Positions 49,294 to 62,692 of a DNA stretch of 64,000 nucleotides are shown piece by piece. A model generated the notes under the pieces. The model searched no databases. It was given only the letters and a program-made list of their open reading frames with translations, and was not told where the DNA came from. How positions within the stretch are numbered: position 1 is the stretch's first letter; each line of letters opens with the position of its first letter. The stretch spans positions 1,240,001 through 1,304,000 of the forward strand of contig CM120645.1 in NCBI GenBank assembly GCA_051362555.1, given 5' to 3'. The DNA comes from Lingula anatina. Its lineage: Eukaryota > Animalia > Brachiopoda. The position numbers and the translations under genes are program-made.

Positions 49294-52051
49294 GTTTTAC
49301 CCTGTTGGATGCAAGGCGTCGGATCCATCCAGGTATATTCTTGTTCCTTTTCTTTGACACCTTTGGAGGTTGCAGGACCGTCGGTATTCCAAAGCATTCT
49401 ACGGCAACTTTAGATCGGTGATGGTGCGAAGAACTTACCGAATTTATTCTCTTAGGTAAGACCCCTTCTACTTCAGTGTAAATTCTATTATCACCCTTTT
49501 CAATGCAAGTCCTGTTTGGTCCGTAAACTGTTTTTCTTATTAAGGCAGTCTTTATAGGTTCGTATGAAATCAACATCAGAGAGGGAAACCCTTTATTTGA
49601 AAAGGCCTTGGGTCTCTGCCTTTGACGTTTCGCACCTTTTCTTTTCACTTTCCTATTTTTCATGACAGTGTGTGCAATTTTAGCACCGCCAACTTTGCTG
49701 TCATTGTTTACAAGCCTGGCACACCTGGGAGACGACACACGGAGGCCGTGATCACAATCGGATGACGACGGTTCTGCTACGTGTAAATCATCGGTTATTC
49801 TGTACTTTTCATGTGTCTCCCGAGGCCTCTGATCTCCAGTCAGGGATCGTTCACATATATTTGGCACTGAAGGCTCGTCCACGTTCCCTTCACCGGCTGT
49901 CAGCGGTGCTTTCCGTTTGTCGTCGTCCACTCGGTGACAAACCACCACCTCGTCATGGCAGTCTACACCTACGACATCGACAAACGTGTTGTCCTGTTGG
50001 TGCGCTGTAGGCGCTTCCAGACAGGGTTTCTGCTTCGAGGACGATTCTTCCTCGTGAAAAACACTAACATTCGGTAATCTCTGTTCCTCCCCACGTTTTT
50101 CACCCAATTCGTCAAAACTGTCGAATTTAATCTGAAAGCAATCATTTGATGTAACAGAACCATGAGACCAGTAAAAGGACAACTGTTTTAACCAAAATAT
50201 GTAGTTCTTTAGAATTTGTGTCAAAAGCCACACAATTACTAATAAAGAGAGTGAACGACAAAGAACAATTGATAGTATTAAGGCAGTAATAAATACAGGC
50301 ACTATACGTACATATTTTAGCCTCCTCACCTGAGCATGTTCGCGTTTTCCAACTTTCAGTGTCCGGCAATAATTACCGACTTTGTTGTTGTTGTTGTTGC
50401 TGTTGTTGTTATTGCTGTTGTTGTTGCTGTTGTTCATGTCATAGTCCTCCTCGTCATCATCACCATAACCGGTGTTGTCATACGCATGCGCTGTGGAGGA
50501 ATGGCATTCCCCACAGACCTCACAGTACACAGTGCACTCGCGCATGCGTTGCATGGACAAGTTACCTGCATGTGAGTACTGTCGTGGCAACACAGGGACC
50601 GAGTGGTATGACCGCGAGCCAGCAGAATCCGTTTGGAAATGATGCAGTGGAAGATCTGGATGTAGTGGTGGCGGCGGTGATAACAGAGAATTTTGCAGAT
50701 TTGGAATTGCTGAAGTCTGGGAATTGGAACTTGCTGAGGCTTCCATTGAGATTGGACCGTGACCCTGAGGCATCTTAGAGCACGTGCGCTCTTCGTCTTT
50801 CTGCCACTTATCTAAAGTCAATGGCGCTGCACTGAGATGGTTAAGGTTTGGGACTGGCGCCGTTAGTGAAAATAGGCTGCTTTGCTGAGACTCATGTGGC
50901 AGCCTTCTGCGCACGTCTTCTTTGTCCCGCTGCCGCGTGCGGCACAACTTACGGAGCTTTTCTTTAACATCCACTCTCTTGCTAAACTCTGAAGGAGATG
51001 TTGGTCTCGTAGCCCTCTTCCGTGAACCCGGAATCAATTTTCTAGAATAATGAAGGAATCGTAAACACAGGGCCTCATCTACCGCTCCCTGTAGCTGTTC
51101 TTTGTTGTCATCATACTCAGTTAAGAGACGGTCGACCTCTGCCACATTGTGTTGTGTATTCCCACTCGTATGTTGTATTGCTGTATGCTTTGGGGAAACG
51201 CTTTGGGAGTATTTTCCAGGCGACACCAACTCCCCCTGAGACGCTTTTTTACCATGGGGACACATCGGCTTTATTCGGGTGAGTTCGTGCTCTGGGAAAC
51301 CCAAACTGTGCGCATCATTGGAATCCGACGGCAACAACAATGGCAGACCTTGTTTCACAGTATACAACGTTGATGGAAACCCGTAATTAACTTTTTCACT
51401 GTCGCTATGCTTAAATTGCGAAATGTGTTGGTCACAGCCTAGGCGGGGTTCGCCGACTTCTTTTCGCTGTAGATTATTTGTGATGTGCTGTGTTTCTTGG
51501 CAGAATCTTTTAGCTGCATCTGCTGGCGTCTCTTTCAGTAACATTTGCGGCCTCGGCTCTTGATCCACATTACGGTCTTCAGCAGAGAGAGTACGGTCTT
51601 CAGCAGAGAGAGGTAGAGCAGAATATCCGGTAGGTCGGTCGGGATTGGCTAAGAAATCAACCGACATACCCTCAGACTTGGATGTATTGTATTTATTGTA
51701 ATGAAGTGACATTTGTGACTGCGTTGTCACTACCTCTTCGGCGTCGAAGTTCTTGACATTCGACTGTGTCATTGACAAGTGCTTTCGAGATTCCGTGCTG
51801 TAACCAGAATGTACACCTGTGCTGGTTTGCAATACGGACCTGCTCATATATGCTGGAGAGATAATGTCAGTAGACGTGTGGTTGAGAGACGGTAAAATTT
51901 CTGCTGTATCTAGAGGCCAGAGTGGCCAGGGGGCGTTGGGGACGCCAGAGGAAAGATTGGAAGATAAGAGAGTCCAAGCGCTTGGGTTGCTCTTTGAGAG
52001 AAGGGGATCTACAGCAGACTTTGTCTTGCTAACGTTGCGATTACTGTCCAT
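48781..52051 (-). CDS. Uncharacterised protein of about 934 aa. Coding exons 52051-50330, 50131-49301, 49032-48781
   Basis: A 948-codon open frame in AT-rich DNA, with CAG|gtgagg (50329) to tttcag| (50132) and AGG|gtaaaa (49300) to ttacag| (49033), both phase 0, joining the 48781-48996 ORF. Low-complexity N-terminus, a CxxxCxxCxxCH cluster, poly-Asn and a basic NLS-like stretch. No family recognised. An acceptor at 52080 implies an upstream exon. Confidence 0.75.
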
Positions 52052-52860
52052 CACCTTTGAATTCCCCTCGCTCCTCTGTCTGAAGTTTTAAGTCGGTATT
52101 GGTTATATGTTAATTGTTTGATCGTCATCTATGCGGTAATATGTATATATATATTACAAACGAAAGAAATGGCCCAAGAAACAGCGGGAAGAGAGTGGTA
52201 CGGGTTGTGAAATGCAACAAACGGATATGACATTTTGATATTAAAGTTTTTTAAAGTTGTTATTAAGTTTTTAAATAAAGTTTATCGCCAACTTTTGAAA
52301 GTGTTCTGTAGATTTCATTTCAAATGGTCAAATTCACGGTACGGAACAGGTTGGCGGTGTCCCTAGCAGGGTGGTAAGATAAAAGTTGATAAGGATGTTT
52401 CAGTATTAAAAACTATACACAAACTTAAATGCCACAAATCTACAGTGAATTCTTTCCAATTATTTCGCAACTAAAAGTTGGATGCCCCAGTTGGTATTAG
52501 AAAAGAATTAATATTAGTTATTATTCTAAAAGAGATCTAGATATAAAGAACATTCACTACATACTAATTAGCTACACATCTACATGTGTACATGTGCAGG
52601 CCTACGAGCTTTCTAGACAATAATTTAGAAATAACTGTTTATCTTAACAATATAGGGCTACAAAAGCATGTTTTATCTGCGTAATGCGAGTAATATTTAC
52701 CTCATTCAAACCGACGATCCAATGTCTGTCTTCAGAATTGACGACACAAGTTGACAACAGTAAGGCCATGAGTTTATAACAAGTAGTCTATAGAGCTAGA
52801 TTTCTTTTTATACGCGGAAACTGAAACTTCACGATTGCCATTAGAAACGCAAGTCATAAT

Positions 52861-52950
52861 AATACGTCATAGGTGGCTGGTGACGTCTGCGTGTGCACGT
52901 CATCAATTGACGTCACAAAAACGTCGCAACTTTTAAACACGTAACGTCAT
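52861..52950 (-). promoter_or_regulatory. CRE/ATF site cluster, putative promoter of the minus-strand gene
   Basis: Six ACGTC cores in 90 bp, including a full TGACGTCA at 52908-52915. It lies just upstream of a candidate first exon with a GAG|gtaaat donor at about 52700. Confidence 0.55.
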
Positions 52951-55900
52951 AAAACCAAATAACAGAGCAATCGGATTTTAAAAACTTCTATCCAGCATTA
53001 AGCCATACGACTAACAGCTAAAAAACTTAAAAAATTACACCAACCAAAGCCCAGAAATCATATTGTGAAACCGCACCTTGGGATAAATAAAAGTGACTGT
53101 ACTGCACAAAATGCTTTTAGATTTTTAATGTTTGTTGGGACATTACGAAATTCAAATATTCCGATTCTTGCAATGCAGTATTATGTCTTATTTTATCACA
53201 ATAAAGACTAGGTTTAAAGTCGAGGCTTCTGCGCGGAAAGTGAGTGAACTGTATCACGATGTGAATCAGGTGAGCGTTTTCGTGAGAGGTGCTAAGATAG
53301 GACTAAGCGGGACTTCATCTGGCGCCTCGAGAAAAAGAAAAAATCTATAATAGTAAAGCTGGTGACTTTGTTATCCCATAGGGCTGAATCGATATTTGTA
53401 TGTATTCTGTACTGTCACAGTTATAATTGAATCTGTTAAACTAACTAAACCTGTCAAAGAAAGAACAGAATTACGTTCGCTTAAATGTTTGTTACCGATG
53501 CTCTTTTATGAACGTTTTAAAGATAAGAAAAGCTTTAAAAGGTGACAGCGTATGTGTAATGCAAACTGTGAGTGTCTTCTGAAATGACAAGTTTCGGTTT
53601 TTATCGACATTCACTTGATTTCCAGACGCTTTTAACGACTCTTTCCGTGAAAAAAAAAAAAATGGTAGACTAAAGTGAACCGGCCCAGAGGCAGATGGGG
53701 AACTGGGAACAGGGTTGAAATAAACTGATGATAGGCAATTTTATATTTAAAGTTCTTGAACAATTAGCATCTAAAAATCTTTCTTTCTATTCTGTCAACT
53801 TAAACACTCATTTCCTTGCAACTGTTTCACGCTTTATCAGACTAAATTGCCCATCAAAAATGTATTTTTCCCCTTCTCTCAGTACTTCAATTAATGAAAT
53901 AAAATGACGAACGCAATATAAGGTTAATTGGTTGAAGGCCAGTTACATGTAAAACCGATTGTTATTTTTTTATTTTTGCCAAACCCAACATGAGATGAAT
54001 AACAATTTTTTGGATAGACCATGAATTCAAAATTGTAAGCGTCCATGCCAGAGTATAGGTATTTTAAATAAAAAACTTACCCAATACTTGAGACAATCAT
54101 TTCCAAAATACAATTTTTGTACAACAGGAGATTATTTACTTCCTAACAAAATTATTTATATAGTTGCATTTAATAACTTTTAAAATTCTACTTAATTAAA
54201 TTTTGATTCTTCTGTCTTTGCGATTTATAAAAAATGGAAATCGATTTCTTTCTTTTGTTTTGCACTGCAATATGACAGATTTACAAAATAATTCATTCAC
54301 AACATTAACAATTTAGTTCCGAATTCTAGGATATAAAATATAGAATATAATAAGAATATAAAATGACATGTGAAATTGCGTGAATTACTAATTTTAAGCC
54401 TAGATTACATTAGCCATGCGGTGTCCGTACATTACATATACCCCCGTACTTCTCGTAAATCCCTTTTCGTGCCGCGTCTGGGCGGAGTCAGTTGCTGGCC
54501 GTGCGAAATAGTGCGGATTCATGGTCACCGTGGGCTCTCCGATTTTGTCAAGCTAAAACTTTCGACAAATTGTAAAAATAATAAGCCCCTTGGCCGTAAC
54601 ATTATCGTAGATGGTATTGTGCAGTTCCCGTATGGGCAATGTTCGGTGGACTTGCAGTGATCGTCATAATGGTTGAGCCTGTTGTTGAACCCGTTTCCCT
54701 TCCACCTTGGGTGGTTTTAGAAGGCTTTACAATAATAAAGATATGTAAAACTCAGTGTTATTCACTTGCGTTAATATGCAGTTTTGTGTCGTTTCACAAC
54801 AGTTCCGTAATTGCGAGCGTAATTTCTGTTTATAGATTTTGTTAATAATTGTCTAAATTAATAAATATTGAACACTGCTTACCACACTAAATGTACCAAT
54901 TTTTCGTAAGTCGTCAGTAAAAAAAAACATAATTTTTTTGTCCTTTTGGAACAATTTATACATTCTGACCAATAGGAAGGCCTATATTGCCGGTTGTAAG
55001 GCTAATTTGACCTTGACGTTTTTTATAAGACGGGCTTGGTTTCTGGTCAGCTCACCACATTGTTAGGAAAAAAGTCCCAGTCTAAGCGTTCAAATCGTGA
55101 CATAACGGAAAAGAATACGAGTTAGCGGACCTATAAGTAATAACCTTGAGACACTTGGGTCTATAAGATTCCAAATATTTACACTCGCAAAAACAGAATG
55201 GCAAGTTCAGTTCTAAGCGTATTTTCCGGACAGACCTTATGGGCTGCTGCGCCGACAACGTATCGCTCTTCAAGAAACCGCACGGAAGGCGAAAAGGCTT
55301 CCGTGGTCCCATTTTTTAACAAAAAAGAAGAAAGAAAAGGGTATTTCCTACTTGATTTCAAAATCATGTCGGAGAAATGACACTGACGGCCGCAAGTAAT
55401 GTAAAAATATTCGCCGAAGCCCGAAGTCACGAGCGATGTCAATGAAAAAAAAATCGCACTGAATATCGTGTACGATTTAATCGTAGACTCTACGTACGGC
55501 GCCCGTGGCAAAAATGTAATATAGGCTTTTACATCGACAAACAATAAATCATTTAAAGCATTGTGTGTAATAATATAATGTTTAACTCTTACTATAATTT
55601 ATCTTGAATTTAGTGAAAGTTATGTAATCTAGATAGCCTACTGGCAACTTGAACTTTACCTGACACCATAGAAGTAGAGAAAATGGAATGCCAACTTCAA
55701 ATCTCGCAGGCCGAGCTTGTGACCACGAGAGTTGGGCGAGAGTTGGGGAGGTCGTCTTCCGGTTTCCATACCGCTGCATTCAACTTACGCTTTAACACGG
55801 TGTAAAACTACTATATATAGCGACTAAAGCTAGTTTTTACGATTATGCTATTTGGCATGGCGTAAACGGGAGTCGACACATTCTAACTGCAGTTTTGTTG

Positions 55901-55951
55901 GTGTGAAAACGGAATTATTAAAAACCAAATCGCTTTTTTGGTGCGTGTGAC

Positions 55952-58900
55952 CAAGGAGTTATAACAGAAGGAGATTAGACGCAAGCCTCTCTATTGTCCG
56001 ATGTCTGTTACGGTGGGCGGAGCTAGCTACGGGGGGCCTCCTGTCTCAAGGTTTCGTCTGGGTCGCTCTCCTCCGCTCGGAGATTGATTTTATATGCGTT
56101 ATTTCGCGTTAGAATTCGAAATCAGTAGTGTCAAAGCGGCGCTGTATGCTGACGATTTTTTTCACAGGTAGTTATTTGGACGATGTGCTGGGAGGGAACG
56201 ATATCATAGAAAGCGATTTTAAGGTGGTGACTGAGGATGGTCGCCATGAGTTTTTTTGAGTCGGTGATAGATGGCTTTTCTTTTGCACAACACAGTGAAA
56301 AAATCACCAAGGATAAGTCAAAAGAAAACGTCCCAACTGTGGTTTGTGAAAATGACATTCAAGTGAACGTCTGTCCTCACTGCCAAAGAACATAATATTA
56401 ATACATAAACGTTTGGACCCTCCTGCCCTTGGGTCCCATAAACATATACATTGAGACAGTGCCTAAGCTTTGTGACTGCATGGTTTTAAATTTCTTTAAG
56501 TATTTTTTCTCTCACTCGGTATAATTTTAATATCCTAATGCATTGAAGTGAAATTTTAATCAAAGGTTGAAGCAATGCCACGACATGTCAATTTACTAAA
56601 TACTCGTTATAAATTTCTTTATCTTGGAAATCTCCCTTTTTTTAGGATTATTTTGACACATACTAACACTTCATATTTGTCGGTAAACAAGTACACAGTG
56701 CTAAACATTAAGAATATTCATTCATAAATATATTTATGTACAAAATATATCAGAAATTTTAGTATTAATTGAGCTTTTTAAAGTGAAACAAATAAAGATG
56801 AGAATTTTTAATTTCAAACTATTATTTACTATATTAACTTAAAATATCTTTTAAGTCAACTTTATACTCAAGCATCATGATAGTAGCATCTGTGAGTAAA
56901 ACCATTTTGTTATATCAATAGAAGAACAAAAACAAAATTTTACACATAAGCAGTAATTAATGAAGTCATAAGAATGATTAAGTTGCTATAGTTTTCCAGT
57001 TTTATGCAGTCTATGTTGGCATTTTTTTCAACCGTGCAAATAGAAATAATTATATTCTTTTTTATCTGACTTGCTGATACCAGTCTGTGCCAGATACTAT
57101 TCCACTCACAGGCCAGCAAGGTCTGAGAATCTAATGGGCTGGATGAAAAAAAAAACCCTAGAAGTTAAAGTGGCTAATTCTTACAAATAGGATAAAAAAC
57201 ATGGGATTTTCAAAAGGTAATTATAAGTAAAGACAACACTTAGTAAGAACATTTATAAAATGAACTGGAGTACATGTTACAGCTGAAAAAATTAACTGCT
57301 TTAAAGAAATTTCACTGAAACAGTCCAAATTTTACTTGCAATCAAGTAGACTGTTATACCATGGCACTCAACAAATTATATATAGGTTTTGAATTTTTTT
57401 CCACGTGACAGTAACATAAAATTTATGTCAACTTTTGAAATGTATAGAATCAGTAAGGTGACTGAAAATATTTTAAAATGTCATGAAGGAGCACTATTAA
57501 TTTAATGCAATCTCTGTTGGCCAGTCTTATCCAGTTTCTTCTCTAAAAAGGACAACTCAAGTGAGAATTTCTTCAGGACCTTTTCTTCTGCTTGCCAATG
57601 CCATGCCACTCAGAAAAGAGAGAAACCTGTAGGTTAGAAAAAACAAACATTATAATAGCATTATGAACTACTAGTATCCATGTAGACATTATGGAATTAC
57701 GCAGTGAAGTTTAATGTATCTTGTTATGACTTGACTGAAATAATGTTCACCACATAAATGAACAATTTACAACTAAATTTATATAGAATATCAAGATTCA
57801 TGATCACAAGCTAATAACTCCAAGAAATTGAAAGAAATTGTACTTTTTACAAGAAATTATTTAAATCCGCCCTGGTTCCTACTCTTCTGACAGGACAAAA
57901 AGAGGATTTCAGAGAGGCCGGTTGCTAAAAGGAAAATGCCCAAGGTTGTTGTATTTTGAAAAAAAATTAAAAAAAGGGTACTGTTGTTAGTGAATGTTTA
58001 ATGCATCGTAGGCATTATGAGAAAAGTAACTTACCCCAGACACGCTGACCTCCTTTTTTCATTGACATTTTTTAATTTTTTCCAGCCTGACCATAATTCA
58101 TACATTCAATGCAGCCTTCTCCCATATCTATAATAGAAGGGAAAAAAAACTTGAGCAGTGTTAAGATAAGCATGTAAAATTCATTATCAATTTTGAGAGA
58201 ATTTCTGTTTCAACACTGCAAGATGAAATATTTACTTTCAAGTAATGAATAAACCTTAATAGAGTTCTATTCTTTTGTAACCACTAAGGCAAAGCTTCTT
58301 TCTTAAAATGAACTGAAACATCCAAGCTAGCCACCTAACATGCCAAAGTAGTGAAGTATAATTAAAGTAGAGAAGCAAGTACCCTTAATTATAGAGGTGT
58401 CTTACACAATAAGGTGTGTCTTACACACCTTGACCCAAAGGGAGATGTGTAGTGAGATAACAGGTAGAGTAATTGGTGGAGCCTAGGTGAACTTAAAACC
58501 TTAAGACTTTAAATTAAGACAGCACCAGGATTCATGTGTTCTTTTTTCAAAGGTTTAATATGAATTAAAACATATATATGTAAAAGGAAGACTAAATAAG
58601 TTTAAAATAACTATACCAAAGATACTGGACCGCCATGATGGAAAATGCTGGGTGGAGGCAAAACTTTTCCAGTCAAAATAACTGAGCACCTGACTTTAAC
58701 AACAAAGTTACCACTCCAAAGCCACCCATCATGGTGAGAAGAAAAATGATGACCAACTGTCATGATAAGTCTTTTTAGTTTTAAACACGAAAAAGGTAAA
58801 GGCCAAAATGGTACATTTACCCATAACACTAGAGTAAAAAATTGATATTCTGAACAAATCAGGTTATTTTTTTCAAGAAATATTGGAGCAATACCCATGC

Positions 58901-59798
58901 AATATATACATCGCCACGACCAAGATGTTCAAGAATCTAAACACACCAAATGTTTTTATAATCTTGCATTTGAAAAGTACAAAAAGCGGTAAGGCTTTTG
59001 GCCGTAACAAGCGTAACACTTTTTGATCGGAACTCATGAAAATTGTCAATTGTCGTATCCAAGCTAGACCACATGTAAAATCGCAAAAAAAAAACCAATA
59101 CTGCTCAAGCAAGTGTGTTGCACACATAACAATTAGTTAAATTTTATGACTGTCATGTGACACAAGTTTCAAAAAGTAGGAGGAAAATGTCTTTTGGAGT
59201 AATTTTTTTTTGAAATATTAACAAGATGGCGGCTTAAGCATCTGCTTGTTATTCGGCTACTGAAAGTGCACCTAAGTTTTATTCTTTGCTATTGCCACAA
59301 ATTACTTAACAATTGCAACTGTATAAAGACCAAACTTTCTTCATCTGATACTATATTTATAGGCACTTGTTATGAGTGGGAAATATTTTTCGTGCAATAT
59401 TTATGCTCCACACACCACCTCGCGAGATCAACGTGTAGCTGGACACTTACACAGTGAGACCCTACGACATAAAAGTTGCAATTTATCTTCATATTTCGTG
59501 TAGTTATGCATTTAAAAGCACTTACCTGTTTTTTGAAAACCTTGTCCAACGTAATATCATATAAATTCTGTATTTCTCTCATTTTTTAGAAACTTGGGAC
59601 TCCGTTTCTGTGTCTGTCCTCAAAAATCAACAGACGAAGGCACAGATACTAACAAACGAGATTTAAACGAGAGTAGCAATTAAGCGTAACAGAGATAGGC
59701 ATCTATTGTTCTCTGGGTTCTATTCATTCCGACCAATGAGAGACCGTAATACGGGCTCCGCCCCCATGCGTGTAATCTCCTTCTGTTATAACTCCTTG
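55952..59798. mobile_element. Nested P-superfamily-like DNA transposon (inner element), non-autonomous
   Basis: 32-bp TIRs caaggagttataacagaaggagatta(g/c)acgca with 1 mismatch (55952-55983; 59767-59798). Perfect 7-bp TSD gtgtgac at 55945-55951 and 59799-59805. Confidence 0.88.
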
Positions 59799-60590
59799 GT
59801 GTGACAGAGTGTATACCGAAGATAACACCGAAGATAATTAGCAATGTAAGTAATAACTTTTGTATTTTAATACAATATTGTGTTCTTTAAGCGTAAATTT
59901 TAGGAGTGAGAGGCTCATTCATGATATGATATGTCCTTGAATACAATGGTCGTCTGACGCCGATTGTTTTTCCGTTTATCCCTCAATGTCTACGTACGGT
60001 TTTCGAGAAATCTGTGAACTAAATGTCGTTATCCAAGCTGTTAAATAAAATAATAGAATATTCATATATATAAATATTACATACTTAGTTATCCCCTTTT
60101 CATTTTATGCATTTGTACATGCAAAATAGGAACATGTTTAATAGAAAAAAATGGAAATATCAAAGTCATACTTGGAGTTGTGCCATACCACCAGAGGATC
60201 ATTGCAACACTAAACTAGATCAGTTATAGCTGGTTATTACTCCTGGAGATATAGCTTCAACATATAATTAAGATATACCTGACTATGTAGGACTGATAAT
60301 AATAATTTATTAGAAATGTAAATATCTATTCTGTTCTTTTCAAGGGTGTCAGGAAGGAGTTTCTGTTGTGTTGTTCTATGCAGTGCCTCTTCACAGAAGT
60401 GCAAGGGTCTTTCTTTCCACAGCTTGCCTAAGGTAAAATTGAAGCAACACAAAATAATGATCAAGCAAACCATTTTATTATTACCTCTCTTCCACCTTTC
60501 CCCAAGTGAATAACTATCTTCTTTCACAATAATTATAAATAAAACGACAATTCATGATATCTCATAATGTTCAATATTTTACACCTTCAT

Positions 60591-60812
60591 ATGCCTATAT
60601 GCTAGCTTTTTGATTCCACAAAGAAACTCCCATTTCCAAGGCAAGTACAAGAATTAAGATGGTACATGTATCTTTTCATATCCACTGGGGTGTCTGAGGT
60701 TTCAGACAAATGGAGAAGTCAGCTGATACACTGCATCAACAGATGTGACGGCTACTTCAATCCAGAGAAAGTCAAGATCTGTTCCAGGTATTTTGAAGCA
60801 CTGTTTCATTAA
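60591..60812 (+). pseudogene. Decayed THAP zinc-finger domain inside the outer transposon
   Basis: Reads MPIC*LFDST...WRSQLIHCINRCDGYFNPEKVKICSRYFE, matching the THAP pattern MPxC...WxxxINR...FxP...ICSxHF with a stop and substituted ligands. Confidence 0.55.
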
Positions 60813-62692
60813 ATGTATGTGTACATTCAGGCTGTATAATTGAGGGCTGAATATTATCCCATGAAAGTTTATTGAAGCTGATTGAATTGAATTAACATCC
60901 CTTTCACCCCCTTATTACAACTTCAATTCAACATTGCTGTTTGCTGAACAAATGAGGACTTATGTCTCTGTTTCATAGCTTTATTTTTTACATCAGACAT
61001 TTAGCAGTGCACACATGTATGGTGAAACTGATTGCAGTTACATACACACTGAGACTATCCTTACTTTAAAATAGAAACTAAGGATTAAAGAAATGTGTAC
61101 AAAAACGGCTGAATTTGTACATTTAGCATGATATGTAGAACTAAAATGGCAATCTGGAATAACAGAATTAGAGCAACATGCATTGGAAAAAAATGTATCT
61201 GTATTGGAAAGGTGTCCCTAATATTGTTCCATTTCCACTAACATAGACTTTGCATTTGTAGTGATAGGTGCAAGTCTGCCTTGTGACTTAGCAACCTGTT
61301 GTGTCTGCTTCTGGCTGTGTACTGTTATCTCTGGGTTGACTCTGTTCTTTATGCTTATCACTTCCTCTACATATATGTTTCAGTTTGCTGACTACAAAAA
61401 CCACCATGCACTATTTGGGCTGATGACATGTGCATCCAGGACTTTACTGAAGATATCAAGTGTCAACCACACTGAGTTAGTGATCTTCTGTGACTGCTAT
61501 AATGGCTGTCATTCTGGTTGTAGCAGTGAAGAAAGCTGACTGGAATGCCTCTCTGTTCAGCCTGGAGACCTTGGGACTTCTTTACCAAACAGGGAGATAT
61601 GCATTGTCCCAAAAGTTTGCAGATATCTGAAACTAAATTAGAACTGTGTGTTAGTCATGCACATTTCTAAAGTACTAATGGCAGAGTACAACTAATTCTG
61701 TCTGACTCCAGCTTTTGATGTATCCAAGAATATTGCTGTTTGAGAAATCAGTATCAATACTACGTCTTTATTTTTAACTATGACTATGTGAAACATTGGT
61801 TTTTAAATATTATAGAATAACCCATGGCATAACATGAACAAGAGCTGTTAATAAATCGAGTATGTAGGCAAGGAAAAGTTACCATCATTATAAACAAGTT
61901 GAAATACTGTTGTGATAATGTTCAACCCCATCTTGCATTTATACGTTTTAATAAAATTATTGCACCAATAGTATTCTATGGGTCACATGTATGAGGCTTC
62001 AAACTGTGTGAACCGGTGCTGATATTATTTTGAAGGAAAATTTAAGGTGTAAAATCAAGCACTTCCAAATTAGCTAACTTAGGTGATTGCATCAAATAAC
62101 CCATGGTTTGCAGCTAGGAGTAAAAAAAAAAAAATAATAATAATTAAATAAATAAAAAAACTGAAAAATAATAAAATAAAAAAATATGGAATAAACTGAG
62201 GAAAATATAACAAACTATTAAATGCTCTTGAAGTTAGATGAGGTATGATGTATTACATTGAAAACAAGCAAAAACATTTTTATATAGTTTTGGAAGTGTG
62301 TGGTATAATTAAGGCACAGGAAATGGATTCCTTGAACATTAGACTGAAAGATACCATGTTCAAAAGTGTATTAAATAATTGCAAAATACCTCTAAACTGA
62401 ATTATTGCATTTTCTAAATGTTTCAGCAGAAGATGCTTTACGTATTTGTATCTGATTTCTCTAAATTTCACCATTCTAATCATATACTGATGATTGATAA
62501 AGGTACACACGAAAATATTTCATACAAATATAAAACTATTTTATATGCAGATCAAGAGTAATCATTTGCTATTGTTATTATGTATGCAGTAACAGCTGTT
62601 ATTGCTACTATAACTGATACATAATTGGTACTTTGTAATTTTGATAAAAGCCTTGAAATACTGAAATAAATATATGTTCTTTAACAATGTAC

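Noticed and set aside
49208-49300. C-terminus LSLSLS...FFFF of the 948-aa ORF
   Set aside because: It is read-through into an intronic (CT)n/poly-T microsatellite after the donor at 49300.
50500-50540. CxxCH (CGECH) as a c-type haem-binding motif
   Set aside because: No targeting signal or cytochrome fold; more plausibly part of a zinc-binding cluster or chance.
50359-50778. Poly-Cys ORF on the + strand
   Set aside because: Antisense reading of the poly-Asn triplet repeat of the minus-strand gene.
55082-55544. Overlapping ORFs of 60-121 aa
   Set aside because: No recognisable motifs or consistent splice structure.
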